A DNA stretch of 64,000 bases from Burkholderiales bacterium (lineage in GTDB: Bacteria; Pseudomonadota; Gammaproteobacteria; Burkholderiales; SG8-41), in NCBI GenBank assembly GCA_019749945.1, contig JAIEPF010000019.1, forward strand, positions 5,747-69,746. Direction: 5' to 3'. A program made the position numbers and the translations under genes. Under the pieces are notes generated by a model. The model ran no database searches, was not told the origin of the DNA, and saw only the letters and a list, made by a program, of their open reading frames with translations. Shown in pieces: positions 1 through 9,511 of the stretch. Positions within the stretch are counted from its first letter, which is position 1; the number at the start of each line of letters is the position of its first letter.

Positions 1-236
1 GTGCAGCCGACACCCGCCAGATGCCGGTAGAGCATGAATGCAGCCGCGGTATCCAGTTCCTGCAGGCCGCCGCCTTCCAGCACAAAATGTTTGCAGGCAC
101 TCAATCCGGACGCCTGCAAAGCGCCGGCGATCGCGGCCAGGTTCGACAGGCGCCAGACGCCGCCCAGGCGCAGGACGCTCGTCCCGTCCGCGGACTCCAG
201 CTGCAACAACCCGGATGCCGTGTTCATCATTGCCAT
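1..236 (-). CDS. partial CDS (N-terminus only, runs off left edge): STAS-like N-terminal domain of the kind fused to MlaE-type ABC permeases
   Basis: Minus-strand translation MAMMNTASGLLQLESADGTSVLRLGGVWRLSNLAAIAGALQ...GGLQELDTAAAFMLYRHLAG. Absent from the ORF track because it has no stop inside the window. Confidence 0.35.
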   Translation of the reverse strand, partial: MAMMNTASGLLQLESADGTSVLRLGGVWRLSNLAAIAGALQASGLSACKHFVLEGGGLQELDTAAAFMLYRHLAGVGC

Positions 237-331
237 GATACAGGCCAAAGACCGCGGTTCATGCATCCGCTGCAGCCATTGCGCGGCGTGACGGATACGC
301 GATAAATTGGTTTGAACCCCCGGGGCCGCAC

Positions 332-1474
332 ATGCAGAGAATGGAACAGGACATGCCGAAACACGATCACACCGTACTGGTGCTGCAGGGCGGCGGCGCG
401 CTGGGCGCCTACCAGGCCGGTGTCTACGAAGGCATGACGGAACGCGGCATCGCGCCGGACTGGGTGACCGGGGTGTCGATCGGCGCCATCAACGGCGCGC
501 TGATCGCCGGCAATCCGCCGCAGCGCCGGCTCGAACGCCTGCGCGAATTCTGGGATCGCCTGTCCTCCGGCATCCCCGTGTCAGGCATCCCGCTCGCGGG
601 CGGACTCGAACAATTCGATCCGCTGCGCGTCGGACTGAACCGCTTCAGCGCGCTGGCCGCGGCGACGTTCGGCGTGCCTGGATTTTTTTCGCCGCGCCTG
701 CCGCCGCCCATGTTCGCGCCCGACGGCACGCCCGGCGCGCTCAGCCTCTATGACACCTCGCCGCTGCGCGACACGCTCAACGAACTGGTTGATTTTGATC
801 TGCTGAACCGGCACCAAGGCGTGCGGCTCAGCGTCGGCACGGTGCAGGTGGACAGCGGCAACTCGGTCTATTTCGACAGCCGCGACGGGAAAATCTGCGC
901 GGATCACATCATCGCCAGCGGTTCGCTGCCGCCGGGTTTTCCCGCCGTCACCATCGACGGCCGGCAATACTGGGACGGCGGCATCGTGTCCAACTCGCCG
1001 CTGTGGTACGTGCTCGACGATGCGCCGGACATCAGCGCGCTGATCATCCAGGTCGACCTGTTCAGCGCCCGCGGCGATCTGCCGGAAAACCTCGACCAGG
1101 TGCTGGAACGCGCCAAGGACATCCAGTATTCGAGCAAAACGCGCTTCAACACCCGGCGCGGCCAGGAACTCGAAAACATGCGCCAGGCGCTGGACCGCCT
1201 GCTGAAAAAAATTCCGCCGCAACTGCAGACGGATGCAGACTACAAACTGCTGCAGGAACAAATCGGCAGTAAACGGCAAATCACCATCGCCCACCTGATC
1301 AACCGCCGCTTCGGACACTCGACCCATTCCAAGGATTACGAATTCTCCCGCGCCACGGTGCGCCAGTTGTGGGAGGCCGGGCTTGAGGATGTGCGTCGCA
1401 ACTGCGCCCACACCGACTGGGCCCGGGCGCTGCAGCCCGTCGACGGCATGCGCATTTTCGACCTGACGCGCTGA
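332..1474 (+). CDS. patatin-like phospholipase
   Basis: VLQGGGALGAYQAGV glycine-rich loop, GVSIGAING serine-lipase motif (GxSxG), DGG catalytic Asp region. Confidence 0.85.
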   Translation: MQRMEQDMPKHDHTVLVLQGGGALGAYQAGVYEGMTERGIAPDWVTGVSIGAINGALIAGNPPQRRLERLREFWDRLSSGIPVSGIPLAGGLEQFDPLRVGLNRFSALAAATFGVPGFFSPRLPPPMFAPDGTPGALSLYDTSPLRDTLNELVDFDLLNRHQGVRLSVGTVQVDSGNSVYFDSRDGKICADHIIASGSLPPGFPAVTIDGRQYWDGGIVSNSPLWYVLDDAPDISALIIQVDLFSARGDLPENLDQVLERAKDIQYSSKTRFNTRRGQELENMRQALDRLLKKIPPQLQTDADYKLLQEQIGSKRQITIAHLINRRFGHSTHSKDYEFSRATVRQLWEAGLEDVRRNCAHTDWARALQPVDGMRIFDLTR

Positions 1475-1487
1475 GATCGCCCCGCAC

Positions 1488-1525
1488 TAAAAATAATTCA
1501 ATTAAATCAATAACTTATATAAAAA
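1488..1525 (-). repeat. AT-rich dispersed element, copy A (IHF-consensus core AATCAATAACTTA at 1505-1517)
   Basis: Aligns with copies at 35345, 41875, 56182, 57541, 59988, 63042. Sits between convergent genes. Confidence 0.6.
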
Positions 1526-1545
1526 CAGCCGGGATACCCCGGCTG
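1521..1545 (-). terminator. rho-independent terminator of the Bug gene 1571-2533
   Basis: Stem cagccggg / cccggctg with a 4-nt loop. On the minus strand it is followed by TTTTT. Confidence 0.65.
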
Positions 1546-1570
1546 CTTTCAGCACTGCCCGGCGCTGCAG

Positions 1571-2533
1571 TTACTGCTGCTCGATGCCGACCTGCGCCGC
1601 GACCTTGCGGTAACGCTCCAGTTCACTGCTGATGCGTTTGTTGAATTCGGCGCTGCCCATGGTCGTGGTTTCCGCGCCGCCCACCGACGCGTAACGCTGC
1701 TTCACATCTGGCATGGACAACACGTCGGCCGAAGCCCGGTAGAGTTTGGCGACGATGTCCTTCGGCGTGCCCTTGGGCGCGAACAGCCCGACCCAGATCG
1801 AGGCATCAACGCCGGGAATGCCCGCCTCCTGCGCCGACATGTAATCCGGCACCTGCGGCGAACGTTTCGCCGTGGTCACACCGAGCACCTTCACCCGCTT
1901 CGCCATCAGGTGCGGCAACACGCCGGGCAGTCCGGCAACGGTGAACACCACTTCGTTCGCCGCCACCGCGGACACCGCCGGCGCGCCGCCCTTGTACGGG
2001 ATATGCAACGCCTTGGCGCCGGCCGCGGCCACCAGCCATTCGGTGGCCATGTGGTTCACCGAACCGGTGCCAGGCGAGCCGAAGGTGAGTTGTCCCGGTT
2101 TGGCCTTGGCGCCGGCGATCAGGTCCTTCAGGTTGTTGTACGGCGACTGTGTATTGACCACCACCAGCATCGGCGCGTCGCTGATCATGATGATCGAGGT
2201 GAAATCGCGCTCGAAATCATAAGGCACGCTCTTGAACAGTATCGGGTTCACCGAAAACTCGCCGGTATGCGCGGCGAGCAGCGTGTAACCGTCGGCGGTC
2301 GCGCGCGCGGTGATGCCGACGGCGATGAAGCCGTTGGCCCCCGGCCGGTTGTCGACGACGAACTGCCAGCCCTGCTTTTCCGTGATCTTGTTGGTCAGGA
2401 TGCGGGTGGAAGTATCGACCACCCCGCCCGGTGCGAACGGCACCAGCACGCGGATCGGCTTGCTCGGGTAATCCGCGGCGTGGGCCGTGGTGGCAAGGAC
2501 GGCTGCAGCGAGCAGCGCGGCGAATTTATTCAT
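1571..2533 (-). CDS. Bug/TctC-family tripartite tricarboxylate transporter substrate-binding protein
   Basis: Signal peptide MNKFAALLAAAVLATTAHA, then YPSKPIRVLVPFAPGG, the family-typical N-terminus. Confidence 0.9.
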   Translation of the reverse strand: MNKFAALLAAAVLATTAHAADYPSKPIRVLVPFAPGGVVDTSTRILTNKITEKQGWQFVVDNRPGANGFIAVGITARATADGYTLLAAHTGEFSVNPILFKSVPYDFERDFTSIIMISDAPMLVVVNTQSPYNNLKDLIAGAKAKPGQLTFGSPGTGSVNHMATEWLVAAAGAKALHIPYKGGAPAVSAVAANEVVFTVAGLPGVLPHLMAKRVKVLGVTTAKRSPQVPDYMSAQEAGIPGVDASIWVGLFAPKGTPKDIVAKLYRASADVLSMPDVKQRYASVGGAETTTMGSAEFNKRISSELERYRKVAAQVGIEQQ

Positions 2534-2561
2534 GTTGTTCCTCCGTGAGGCAGCTTGTTGT

Positions 2562-4013
2562 TCAGAACAGGTCTTTCCACTTGGCTTTCACTTTTTCCTG
2601 CAGTTCCTTGCTGGCTTCGGCCACCGCGGGGAATTCGTGCAGGTGGTCGTACGGCCGGCAGGCGTCGATGATGGCCTTGGAGTTGTACGGCGCGTTGTAG
2701 CGGTAGGCGACGAACATCGGATCATTTTTCGAACCCATGCCGCGCTTGATGATATCGATGTCGATCTCGGGATCGCTGCGCGTCGCCACCGCCCACATCA
2801 CTTCCTGCAGGTTCGACGGATCAATGTCCTCATCCACCACCACCGTGTAGCGTGACATGTAGGCGCCGACGCCGCACTGGTTGAGAATGTGCCCCGCCTG
2901 GCGCGCATGGCCGGCATAACGCTGCCTGATCGCCACCACGTTGAACATGCGCGCGCCGCCGATTTCATGCGCCCACACGCTGTGCACATCGGGCACCCCC
3001 GCGGCGAGCAGCGCATCAAACAGCAGCGCCGAGCGCATCACCGCCTTGGAATAGGAGTAATCGTTCGGCGGTTTCGCCGGCGGACTGCCGACGATGATGG
3101 GGTCATTGCGGTAATACACGCGCTCGATGGTCACCACCGGCGCGGTGCCCTCCTTACCCGGGTAATAACCGTGGAATTCGCCGAAGGGTCCTTCGGTTTT
3201 GACGTCCCCCGGATGACAATAACCTTCGAGTACGATTTCCGCAGCCGCCGGTATCGGGAGGCCGGTCAGCTCGCCATGCACCACCGCCACCGGTTCGCCG
3301 AGGATGGCGCCGATGTAGTTGTATTCGCACATGCCGAAGGGCACTTCGATGCCGGAGATCAGGAAACCCAGCGGATCACAGCCGATGACGATGGCCACCG
3401 GGAAAGGTTTGCCCGCCTTCATGTACTTGTCGTACTGGATCGCGCCGTGTTTGCCGGGAATCATGTCGAGGCCGACATGGTTTTTGTCATGCGCCATCAC
3501 GCGGTAGGTGCCGACGTTGACCCAGTCGGAATCAAAGTCTTTGGTCACCACGCAGCAGCCGGTGCCGATGTACGGCCCGCCGTCTTTTTCATGCCACAGC
3601 GGCGAAGGGAAAATATGGATGTCGACGTCCTTGCCGGTCTGGATGTTTTCCAGCACCGGTCCGGTCTCGACGACGACAGGCTCATATTTCGGCGCCGCCG
3701 CCTGCCAGCCCCTGGGTCGCCCGCGCAGTTGCTGCACCAGGTCATGGTGCCTGCGCTCGACCGGCAGACGCAGGATGGACGACAGGCGCGCGGGACTGGC
3801 CGTGGTGCAGGTCACTACGCGAAAACCCTTGGCATAACCCTGGATGTCGTCGAAGAGCAGCGCCGGTGCACCGTCTATCTTGACGTTGAGTTCGCTGATC
3901 GCACCCAGCTCCAGCTTGGCGTCCGCGCCACGCACGTCCTTCAATTCACCGAGGAACCGGGCAGTGTCCAGCCAGGCGCGCAGATCGAGAGGATTGCCGG
4001 CAGGACGTTTCAT
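2562..4013 (-). CDS. UbiD-family (prenyl-FMN dependent) decarboxylase
   Basis: 483 aa with UbiD-like layout (DLRAWLD..., ...GPYIGTG..., EGPFGEFHGYY). Confidence 0.85.
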   Translation of the reverse strand: MKRPAGNPLDLRAWLDTARFLGELKDVRGADAKLELGAISELNVKIDGAPALLFDDIQGYAKGFRVVTCTTASPARLSSILRLPVERRHHDLVQQLRGRPRGWQAAAPKYEPVVVETGPVLENIQTGKDVDIHIFPSPLWHEKDGGPYIGTGCCVVTKDFDSDWVNVGTYRVMAHDKNHVGLDMIPGKHGAIQYDKYMKAGKPFPVAIVIGCDPLGFLISGIEVPFGMCEYNYIGAILGEPVAVVHGELTGLPIPAAAEIVLEGYCHPGDVKTEGPFGEFHGYYPGKEGTAPVVTIERVYYRNDPIIVGSPPAKPPNDYSYSKAVMRSALLFDALLAAGVPDVHSVWAHEIGGARMFNVVAIRQRYAGHARQAGHILNQCGVGAYMSRYTVVVDEDIDPSNLQEVMWAVATRSDPEIDIDIIKRGMGSKNDPMFVAYRYNAPYNSKAIIDACRPYDHLHEFPAVAEASKELQEKVKAKWKDLF

Positions 4014-4015
4014 GA

Positions 4016-4486
4016 TCAGCCCTTGCGTTTTTTCGCCGCGAGCCGCACGGCCTTGATGATTTCAGTATAGGCCGCGCAGCGGCACAAATTGCCCGCCAGA
4101 TAATGGCGGATTTCGTCCTCGGACGGATTCGGATGGGCATCCAGCAGTTGCCGCGCCATCAGAATGAAGCCGGGGGTGCAGAAGCCGCACTGGAAGGCCC
4201 CGGTTTCGATGAAGGCCTGCTGCACGGCATCCAGCTCACCATCGGCACTGTCCTCGATGGTGCGCACATCGGCGCCATCGACCAGCGTCGCCATGGTCAG
4301 GCAACCCGTTACCGCCGTGCCATTGACCAGCACAGTGCAGCAGCCGCACAAACCCTGGCCGCAGCTCTCGCGCGCACCAAACAGGCCCTGCCCCTGCAAC
4401 AGCTCGACCAGGTTCTGATGGTTGCCGGCATGCACCGTGACCGGGCGGCCGTTCAGTTTGAATTCAATCGTGCGATGTGTAGTCAT
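4016..4486 (-). CDS. (2Fe-2S)-binding small subunit of a xanthine dehydrogenase/CO dehydrogenase-family molybdenum hydroxylase (CoxS-like)
   Basis: CGQGLCGCCTV and QCGFCTPG...CRC cysteine clusters. ATG at 4486 preferred over the TTG at 4498. Confidence 0.9.
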   Translation of the reverse strand: MTTHRTIEFKLNGRPVTVHAGNHQNLVELLQGQGLFGARESCGQGLCGCCTVLVNGTAVTGCLTMATLVDGADVRTIEDSADGELDAVQQAFIETGAFQCGFCTPGFILMARQLLDAHPNPSEDEIRHYLAGNLCRCAAYTEIIKAVRLAAKKRKG

Positions 4487-4505
4487 TTTAAAAACCAAGG
4501 TCTTT

Positions 4506-4616
4506 AGCCACAGAGGTCACAGAGTTCACAGAGAAAACCCAAACCGAAACAACGAGAACATTTCGATTCTGTTTCTGCTTTTGCAGTCCTCTGTGTTCTC
4601 TGTGACCTCTGTGGCT
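4506..4616. repeat. inverted-repeat element, family 1 (arms GCCACAGAGGTCACAGAGnnCACAGAGAA)
   Basis: ~30-bp arms in inverted orientation around a ~50-bp core. A second copy with the same arms lies at 10837-10945. Confidence 0.8.
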
Positions 4617-4629
4617 CATGTTTTTGAAG

Positions 4630-6924
4630 TTAGCTCTCTAAAGGCCTGCCAGCATTCGCGCGCAAGCCGCGATAAACCGCTTCCGCCGTCAGCGGCAATG
4701 TTGTCAAGCGCACGCCGACCGCATCATCAATGGCGTTGGCAATCGCCGGCGACACGCCGAAGGTGCCGCTTTCACCAACCCCCTTGGCACCGAAGGGTCC
4801 GGATTTCTGCACCATGTCGACCGCTTCGTTTTCCATGACCGCCGGAATGTCGCGGATGCCGGGAATCTTGTAATCGGCCAGCGAGGCATTGGTCACCTGC
4901 CCGGCGTCGAAATCCATGCGTTCGGACAGCGTGAAGCCCAACTGCATGATGGTCGCGCCGGAAATCTGGGTTTCGACGATGGCCGGATTCACCGGACGGC
5001 CGACGTCGACCAGGTTGACCAGCCGCGTGATTTTGAATTCGCCGGTTTCGGTATCGACTTCGACCTCGGCGCCGGTGGCGCCGATCATCCAGAACGGTGT
5101 TGCATCCGTGGTCAGCCCGGTGCCCGGCTCCGGCGGCGTGTACGGCGGAATGAAACTGCCGATGCCGACGATGTTGCCGGCCTGCATGCCGTATTTTTTG
5201 CGGAATATATCCGGAATCGGTGTGGTTTCCGCCGACAGGCCGACATCGCGCGCAAGGGCCAGCAGCTTGTCGCGCGCATCCTCGGCGGCGAGTTTGACGG
5301 CATGACCCATGTGGTAGGTCGAGCGCGAACCCAGGGTCGCCATGTCGTAGGGCGTGACATCGGTATCGGGATGCACCAGCGTCACCGAAGCCACCGGGAT
5401 GCCCAGCGCTTCGGCGACAATCTGCGCCATGGCGGTATCCGAGCCCTGCCCCATGTCGACCGTACTGCAATGAACCATGCAGCTGCCGTCGGCGCCGACG
5501 TTGACAATGGCCACTGAAGTGGTCGGCGAAATGCTCGCCTTGAAACCGATGGCGATGCCGCGACCACGGCGCACAGTGCCGTTACCCTTGTCGAAGGGTT
5601 TTTCCCAGGCCATGCGCTGCGCCAGCCGCTCCAGCACCGGTTCGATGCCCGCATCGCGCATCAGCGTACCGGTCGCCTGCGGCCGGCCTTCGCGCAGGAT
5701 GTTCTTGCGGCGAATCGCCAGCGGATCAATCTTCAGTTCCCGCGCGATCATGTCGGTATGGCTCTCGTAGGCCCACACCAGTTGCGGAATGCCGAAGCCG
5801 CGCAAGGCGCCGGCCGCCGGCAGATTGGTATACAGCGCGTAGGAATCGATGCTGACATGGTCGATGTCGTACGGCCCCGCCGCGGTAAAGCCGGATTTCT
5901 GCGTGACCCGCGGCCCGATGTCGGCATAGGCGCCGCCGTTCCACCAGACCTCGCATTCGCGGGCGATGATTTTTCCGTCCTTGCTGACACCACTCTTGAT
6001 GCGCAGTGTCGTCGCGTGTTTGGTGATCTGGTAGAACTGCTCTTCCATGCTCAGCGCGATTTTCACCGGCCGGCCGGCAAGCAGCGCCGCCGCCGCGACC
6101 AGCGCTTCGAGCTTGATGTAGAGCTTGGCGCCGAAACCGCCGCCCAGGTACGGCACCTTGACCCGCACCCGGTTCTCCGGCCAACCGAGGAGCCGCGCGA
6201 TTTCGATGCGCACAAACGACGGGCTTTGCGACGCAGTATGGATCACCAGCTGATTGGGCGTGGGATCGGCCACCGTGACAAAAGGTTCCAGCGGCAGGTG
6301 CAGCACCTGCTGGGTGCGGAAGGTATGCTCGAATACATGGTCAGCCCCGGCGAAGGCCTTTTGCGCGTCACCGCGGCGCAGATGAAAATCCAGCGCGATG
6401 TTGGTATCGCGCTTGTCCTTGAGATGCTTCAGGTCGGGAAAAGTCCCCGCCGGCTTCAGCACTTCATGCACCACGGCTTTCGAGGTCATCGCCTCGATTT
6501 CATCGAACACCGCGGGCAATTCTTCATAGTCGGCCACGATCAGCTGCGCCGCCGCCTCGGCGACATGCGGATCAGCCGCCAGCACCAGCGCCACCGGCTC
6601 GCCGACATGACGCACCTTGTCCACCGCGAGGATCGGCTGGTCGTGGAAGGCCGGGCCGTAATAAGGCTCGGCGATCAGTTTAATAATGTCGGCAGCGGTA
6701 TACACGGCATGCACACCGGGCAGCGCGCGTGCCGCGGCAACATCAACACCCAGGAGGCGCGCATGCGCCACGGTGCTGCGATACACCTTGCCGTACAACA
6801 TGCCGGGCAGCCGCAGGTTGTGCACATACTCGGCGCGGCCGGTGACCTTGGCCCTCGCCTCGACGCGCGGGATCGACTGGCCCATGGCGGCGCCGTTGTT
6901 GGTTTTGCCTAATATCGTGGCCAC
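4630..6924 (-). CDS. molybdopterin-binding large subunit of a xanthine dehydrogenase-family hydroxylase (CoxL-like)
   Basis: 764 aa with aldehyde oxidase/xanthine dehydrogenase a/b-hammerhead and Mo-binding regions. GTG start preceded by GAGGA. Confidence 0.9.
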   Translation of the reverse strand: MATILGKTNNGAAMGQSIPRVEARAKVTGRAEYVHNLRLPGMLYGKVYRSTVAHARLLGVDVAAARALPGVHAVYTAADIIKLIAEPYYGPAFHDQPILAVDKVRHVGEPVALVLAADPHVAEAAAQLIVADYEELPAVFDEIEAMTSKAVVHEVLKPAGTFPDLKHLKDKRDTNIALDFHLRRGDAQKAFAGADHVFEHTFRTQQVLHLPLEPFVTVADPTPNQLVIHTASQSPSFVRIEIARLLGWPENRVRVKVPYLGGGFGAKLYIKLEALVAAAALLAGRPVKIALSMEEQFYQITKHATTLRIKSGVSKDGKIIARECEVWWNGGAYADIGPRVTQKSGFTAAGPYDIDHVSIDSYALYTNLPAAGALRGFGIPQLVWAYESHTDMIARELKIDPLAIRRKNILREGRPQATGTLMRDAGIEPVLERLAQRMAWEKPFDKGNGTVRRGRGIAIGFKASISPTTSVAIVNVGADGSCMVHCSTVDMGQGSDTAMAQIVAEALGIPVASVTLVHPDTDVTPYDMATLGSRSTYHMGHAVKLAAEDARDKLLALARDVGLSAETTPIPDIFRKKYGMQAGNIVGIGSFIPPYTPPEPGTGLTTDATPFWMIGATGAEVEVDTETGEFKITRLVNLVDVGRPVNPAIVETQISGATIMQLGFTLSERMDFDAGQVTNASLADYKIPGIRDIPAVMENEAVDMVQKSGPFGAKGVGESGTFGVSPAIANAIDDAVGVRLTTLPLTAEAVYRGLRANAGRPLES

Positions 6925-6945
6925 GATGATTCCTCTGAATTCGGG

Positions 6946-7803
6946 TCAGGCAGCCAGCGCCTTGCGCACGGCACGCCCCGCATACACCCGCAGCAGTTCG
7001 GTTTTGTACGCGGCCGAACCGCGGGCATCACCGACCAGTTCCGTTTCCGCCGCGGCCGCTTCACCCACCTGCGCCAGCAGTGCATCGCTGACGGTCGCGC
7101 CGCGCAGCACCGCTTCGGCCCCGGGCAGCCGCAGCGGTTTTTCAGTGGCGGCGCTGACCACGAAACGCGCATCCTCGATGACCTTGCCGTCGGTTTGCAG
7201 CGACACCGCGATGCCCAGCGTCGGCCAGTCGTCGGCCGCACGCGTGGTGAGTTTGACATAAGCCGAACGTCGCCCGGCCTGGGACGGCACGACGACTTCG
7301 CAGATCAGCTCATTGGGCGCCAGCGCTGTTTCGTAATAACCGGTGTACAAGTCGGCCACCGCCAGCGTACGTGTACCCGCGGTCGCCGCGGTCACCACCC
7401 GCGCATCCAGTGCCATCAGCACCGGCGGCAGGTCCATATGCGGGTCACCATGCGCGAGGTGCCCGCCCAGCGTGGCAACATTGCGCACGCGCACATTGGA
7501 CAGTGTGCGCAGGGCATCGATGATCACCGGCGCGCGTTTTTTCACCGCCGCCGCGCGGCCCAGCGCGCTCAGCGTCACCAGCGCGCCGATGCGCAGTCCG
7601 CCGTCTTCAGCGGATGCCACCCTGGCATAACGCTTTTCGATGCCGCGCAGGCTGATCAGCCGCGTCGGCTGGAACACACCGGCCTTCATCATCAGCATCA
7701 GCGCCGTGCCGCCGCCGAACACCCGTACCGACGGGTCATTGGCATCCAGCAGTTTAAGTGCGGACTTCAGCGACCGCGGCTCGACCAGATCAAAAGGACT
7801 CAT
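6946..7803 (-). CDS. FAD-binding medium subunit of the molybdenum hydroxylase (CoxM-like)
   Basis: 285 aa, ...RVFGGGTALMLMMK... FAD_binding_5-type motif. ATGA overlap with the upstream coxG-like gene. Confidence 0.9.
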   Translation of the reverse strand: MSPFDLVEPRSLKSALKLLDANDPSVRVFGGGTALMLMMKAGVFQPTRLISLRGIEKRYARVASAEDGGLRIGALVTLSALGRAAAVKKRAPVIIDALRTLSNVRVRNVATLGGHLAHGDPHMDLPPVLMALDARVVTAATAGTRTLAVADLYTGYYETALAPNELICEVVVPSQAGRRSAYVKLTTRAADDWPTLGIAVSLQTDGKVIEDARFVVSAATEKPLRLPGAEAVLRGATVSDALLAQVGEAAAAETELVGDARGSAAYKTELLRVYAGRAVRKALAA

Positions 7804-8258
7804 GCCGCCCCCCGCGCCGTCGCAAAGGCCGCGCCCAGATTTTTCGCAAACTGTTTTTCCATGTCGCGGGCCTTGGATTTCAGCACCGGCTGCCCGATGC
7901 TGCCCAGCTTGCCGGTCAACGCGGTGTCGATTTCATACTGGATCGTGGTGTGGCCGCCCGCCGCAATCAGCCTTGTCGAAGAAGTCGCGCTCAGCCGCCC
8001 GACCAGACCCATGGGCGTACCCTCGATTTTTGCGGCGATCAGTTCCGGCGCCACCACCTCGGTCAGTTCCACGGTGACCTTGAACTTGAAACTCATGTAG
8101 GCCACCTTGGTTTCGAGCACGGCATCGAAACGTTTTTCGTCCAGAGGCACCAGGTCGCGCACGCCGTCCATGCACGATGCAAAAAAATGGATGTCCTGCA
8201 ATTTCGCGAATACCGCGTCGCGCGGCGCAGCAACCGCAATCTCCCCGCTGAATTTCAT
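7800..8258 (-). CDS. SRPBCC/CoxG-family protein (carbon monoxide dehydrogenase subunit G-like)
   Basis: MKFSGEIAVAAPRDAVFAKLQD... typical CoxG N-terminus. Internal ATG at 8258 chosen over the longer ORF. Confidence 0.8.
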   Translation of the reverse strand: MKFSGEIAVAAPRDAVFAKLQDIHFFASCMDGVRDLVPLDEKRFDAVLETKVAYMSFKFKVTVELTEVVAPELIAAKIEGTPMGLVGRLSATSSTRLIAAGGHTTIQYEIDTALTGKLGSIGQPVLKSKARDMEKQFAKNLGAAFATARGAA

Positions 8259-8391
8259 TTTTTTATGCTGTCGTGAAAGCGGTCTACTGTAATGGCAGCA
8301 TGGACGGAAATCAATGCGCGCAGACAGGTGATGACGGAAAAAATCCCCCGGCACCTTGCGGCGGCGGGGGATTCAATGTGCGATGCGGCGA

Positions 8392-9360
8392 TCAGTCGGC
8401 GTAGACGCCGGCCTTCTTGATGATCGGGCCCCACTTGTCGATTTCGGCCTTCAGGTGTTTCGCCAGCGACTCCGGCGTCGCACGATCCGGCGTCACCGCC
8501 TCGGCGCCGAGTTTCGCCAGCGACTCCTTGAACTGCGGATCCTTGATCGCGGCCACCAGCGCCGCGTTCAGTTTGTCGAGCACCGGCTTCGGCGTGCCCT
8601 TCGCCGCATAAAGCCCGTGCCAGACGGCAACCTCGAAATCCTTCAGCCCCTGCTCCTGCAGCGTAGGCACGTATTGAAGTGCGGGAACGCGTTTTTTCGT
8701 CGTCACGCCGAATACCTTCACCCGCCCGGACTGGATCGCGCCCGTGGTGTTCGTGGTCTGGTCGCACATCAGGTCGATCTGGTTGCCCATCAAGGCCGAC
8801 ATCGCCGGACCCGTGCCGTTGTACGGGATGGTCTGGATGTTGGCTTCAATGCGCGACATGAACAGCAGGCCGCAGAGATGCGAAGCGGCACCGAGGCCGG
8901 CATTACCGAGATTCAGCTTGTCCTTGTTCGCCTTGACGTAGGCGACAAAGTCCTTGTAATTGTCGGGCGGCAGGCCGGTGCGCGCAATCAGCGTCATCGG
9001 CACGTCGGCCACCTGGCCGATGTACTCGAAATCGGTCAGCGGATTGAACGGCAGCTTGCGGTACAGCGCAGGCGCCGTGGACATGCCGATATGGTGCAGC
9101 AGAATCTGGTAGCCGTCGGGTTTTGACTTGGCGACGATACCCACGCCCAGTGTTCCGCCCGCGCCGGCACGATTGTCGACGATGACCTGCTGCTTCAGTG
9201 TTTTGGACATGTGCTGGGCCAGATTGCGCGCCAGCGTGTCGGTCGGACCACCGGCCGCGAACGGCACAACGATTGACACCGGTCGTGTCGGATAGTCCTG
9301 CGCGACGGCGCCGGTCATGGCTGCCAGTATTGCTACAAACACAGCGATTAAACGTAACAT
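8392..9360 (-). CDS. Bug/TctC-family substrate-binding protein
   Basis: Signal peptide, then QDYPTRPVSIVVPFAAGGPTD. Confidence 0.9.
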   Translation of the reverse strand: MLRLIAVFVAILAAMTGAVAQDYPTRPVSIVVPFAAGGPTDTLARNLAQHMSKTLKQQVIVDNRAGAGGTLGVGIVAKSKPDGYQILLHHIGMSTAPALYRKLPFNPLTDFEYIGQVADVPMTLIARTGLPPDNYKDFVAYVKANKDKLNLGNAGLGAASHLCGLLFMSRIEANIQTIPYNGTGPAMSALMGNQIDLMCDQTTNTTGAIQSGRVKVFGVTTKKRVPALQYVPTLQEQGLKDFEVAVWHGLYAAKGTPKPVLDKLNAALVAAIKDPQFKESLAKLGAEAVTPDRATPESLAKHLKAEIDKWGPIIKKAGVYAD

Positions 9361-9511
9361 ATTGATTCCTCTGGGGAAAAATGAATTATATTAATCGATT
9401 CCCTGTCTGCTCCGCCATTGTAAAACGACGCGCAACAAACCGTCTGTCGCGCGCCGCCGCGGCAGGATAGACACCCCGCCACAATACTACTGATAAGGAC
9501 CGCCGCAGCGT

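Noticed and set aside
21-40. A tRNA-like fragment (ggtagagca) at the left edge, and a general search for tRNA, rRNA or tmRNA.
   Set aside because: No acceptor or T-arm context (no GTTCGAATC-type T-loop nearby). The segment is inside a coding region. No RNA gene signature was seen elsewhere in the window.
581-1411. Long antisense or alternative-frame ORFs inside real genes, for example 581-1411(-), 1910-2548(+), 2889-4070(+), 5758-6912(+), 11462-12427(-), 13567-14841(-), 14912-15973(-), 21138-22880(-), 25001-26323(-), 27575-28789(-), 35813-37234(-), 47157-49271(-), 54242-55849(-).
   Set aside because: They are typical high-GC shadow ORFs. Their products are Arg/Gly/Ala/His-rich low-complexity sequences with no recognisable motifs. 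Each lies fully within a gene on the opposite strand or in another frame that has clear family signatures.
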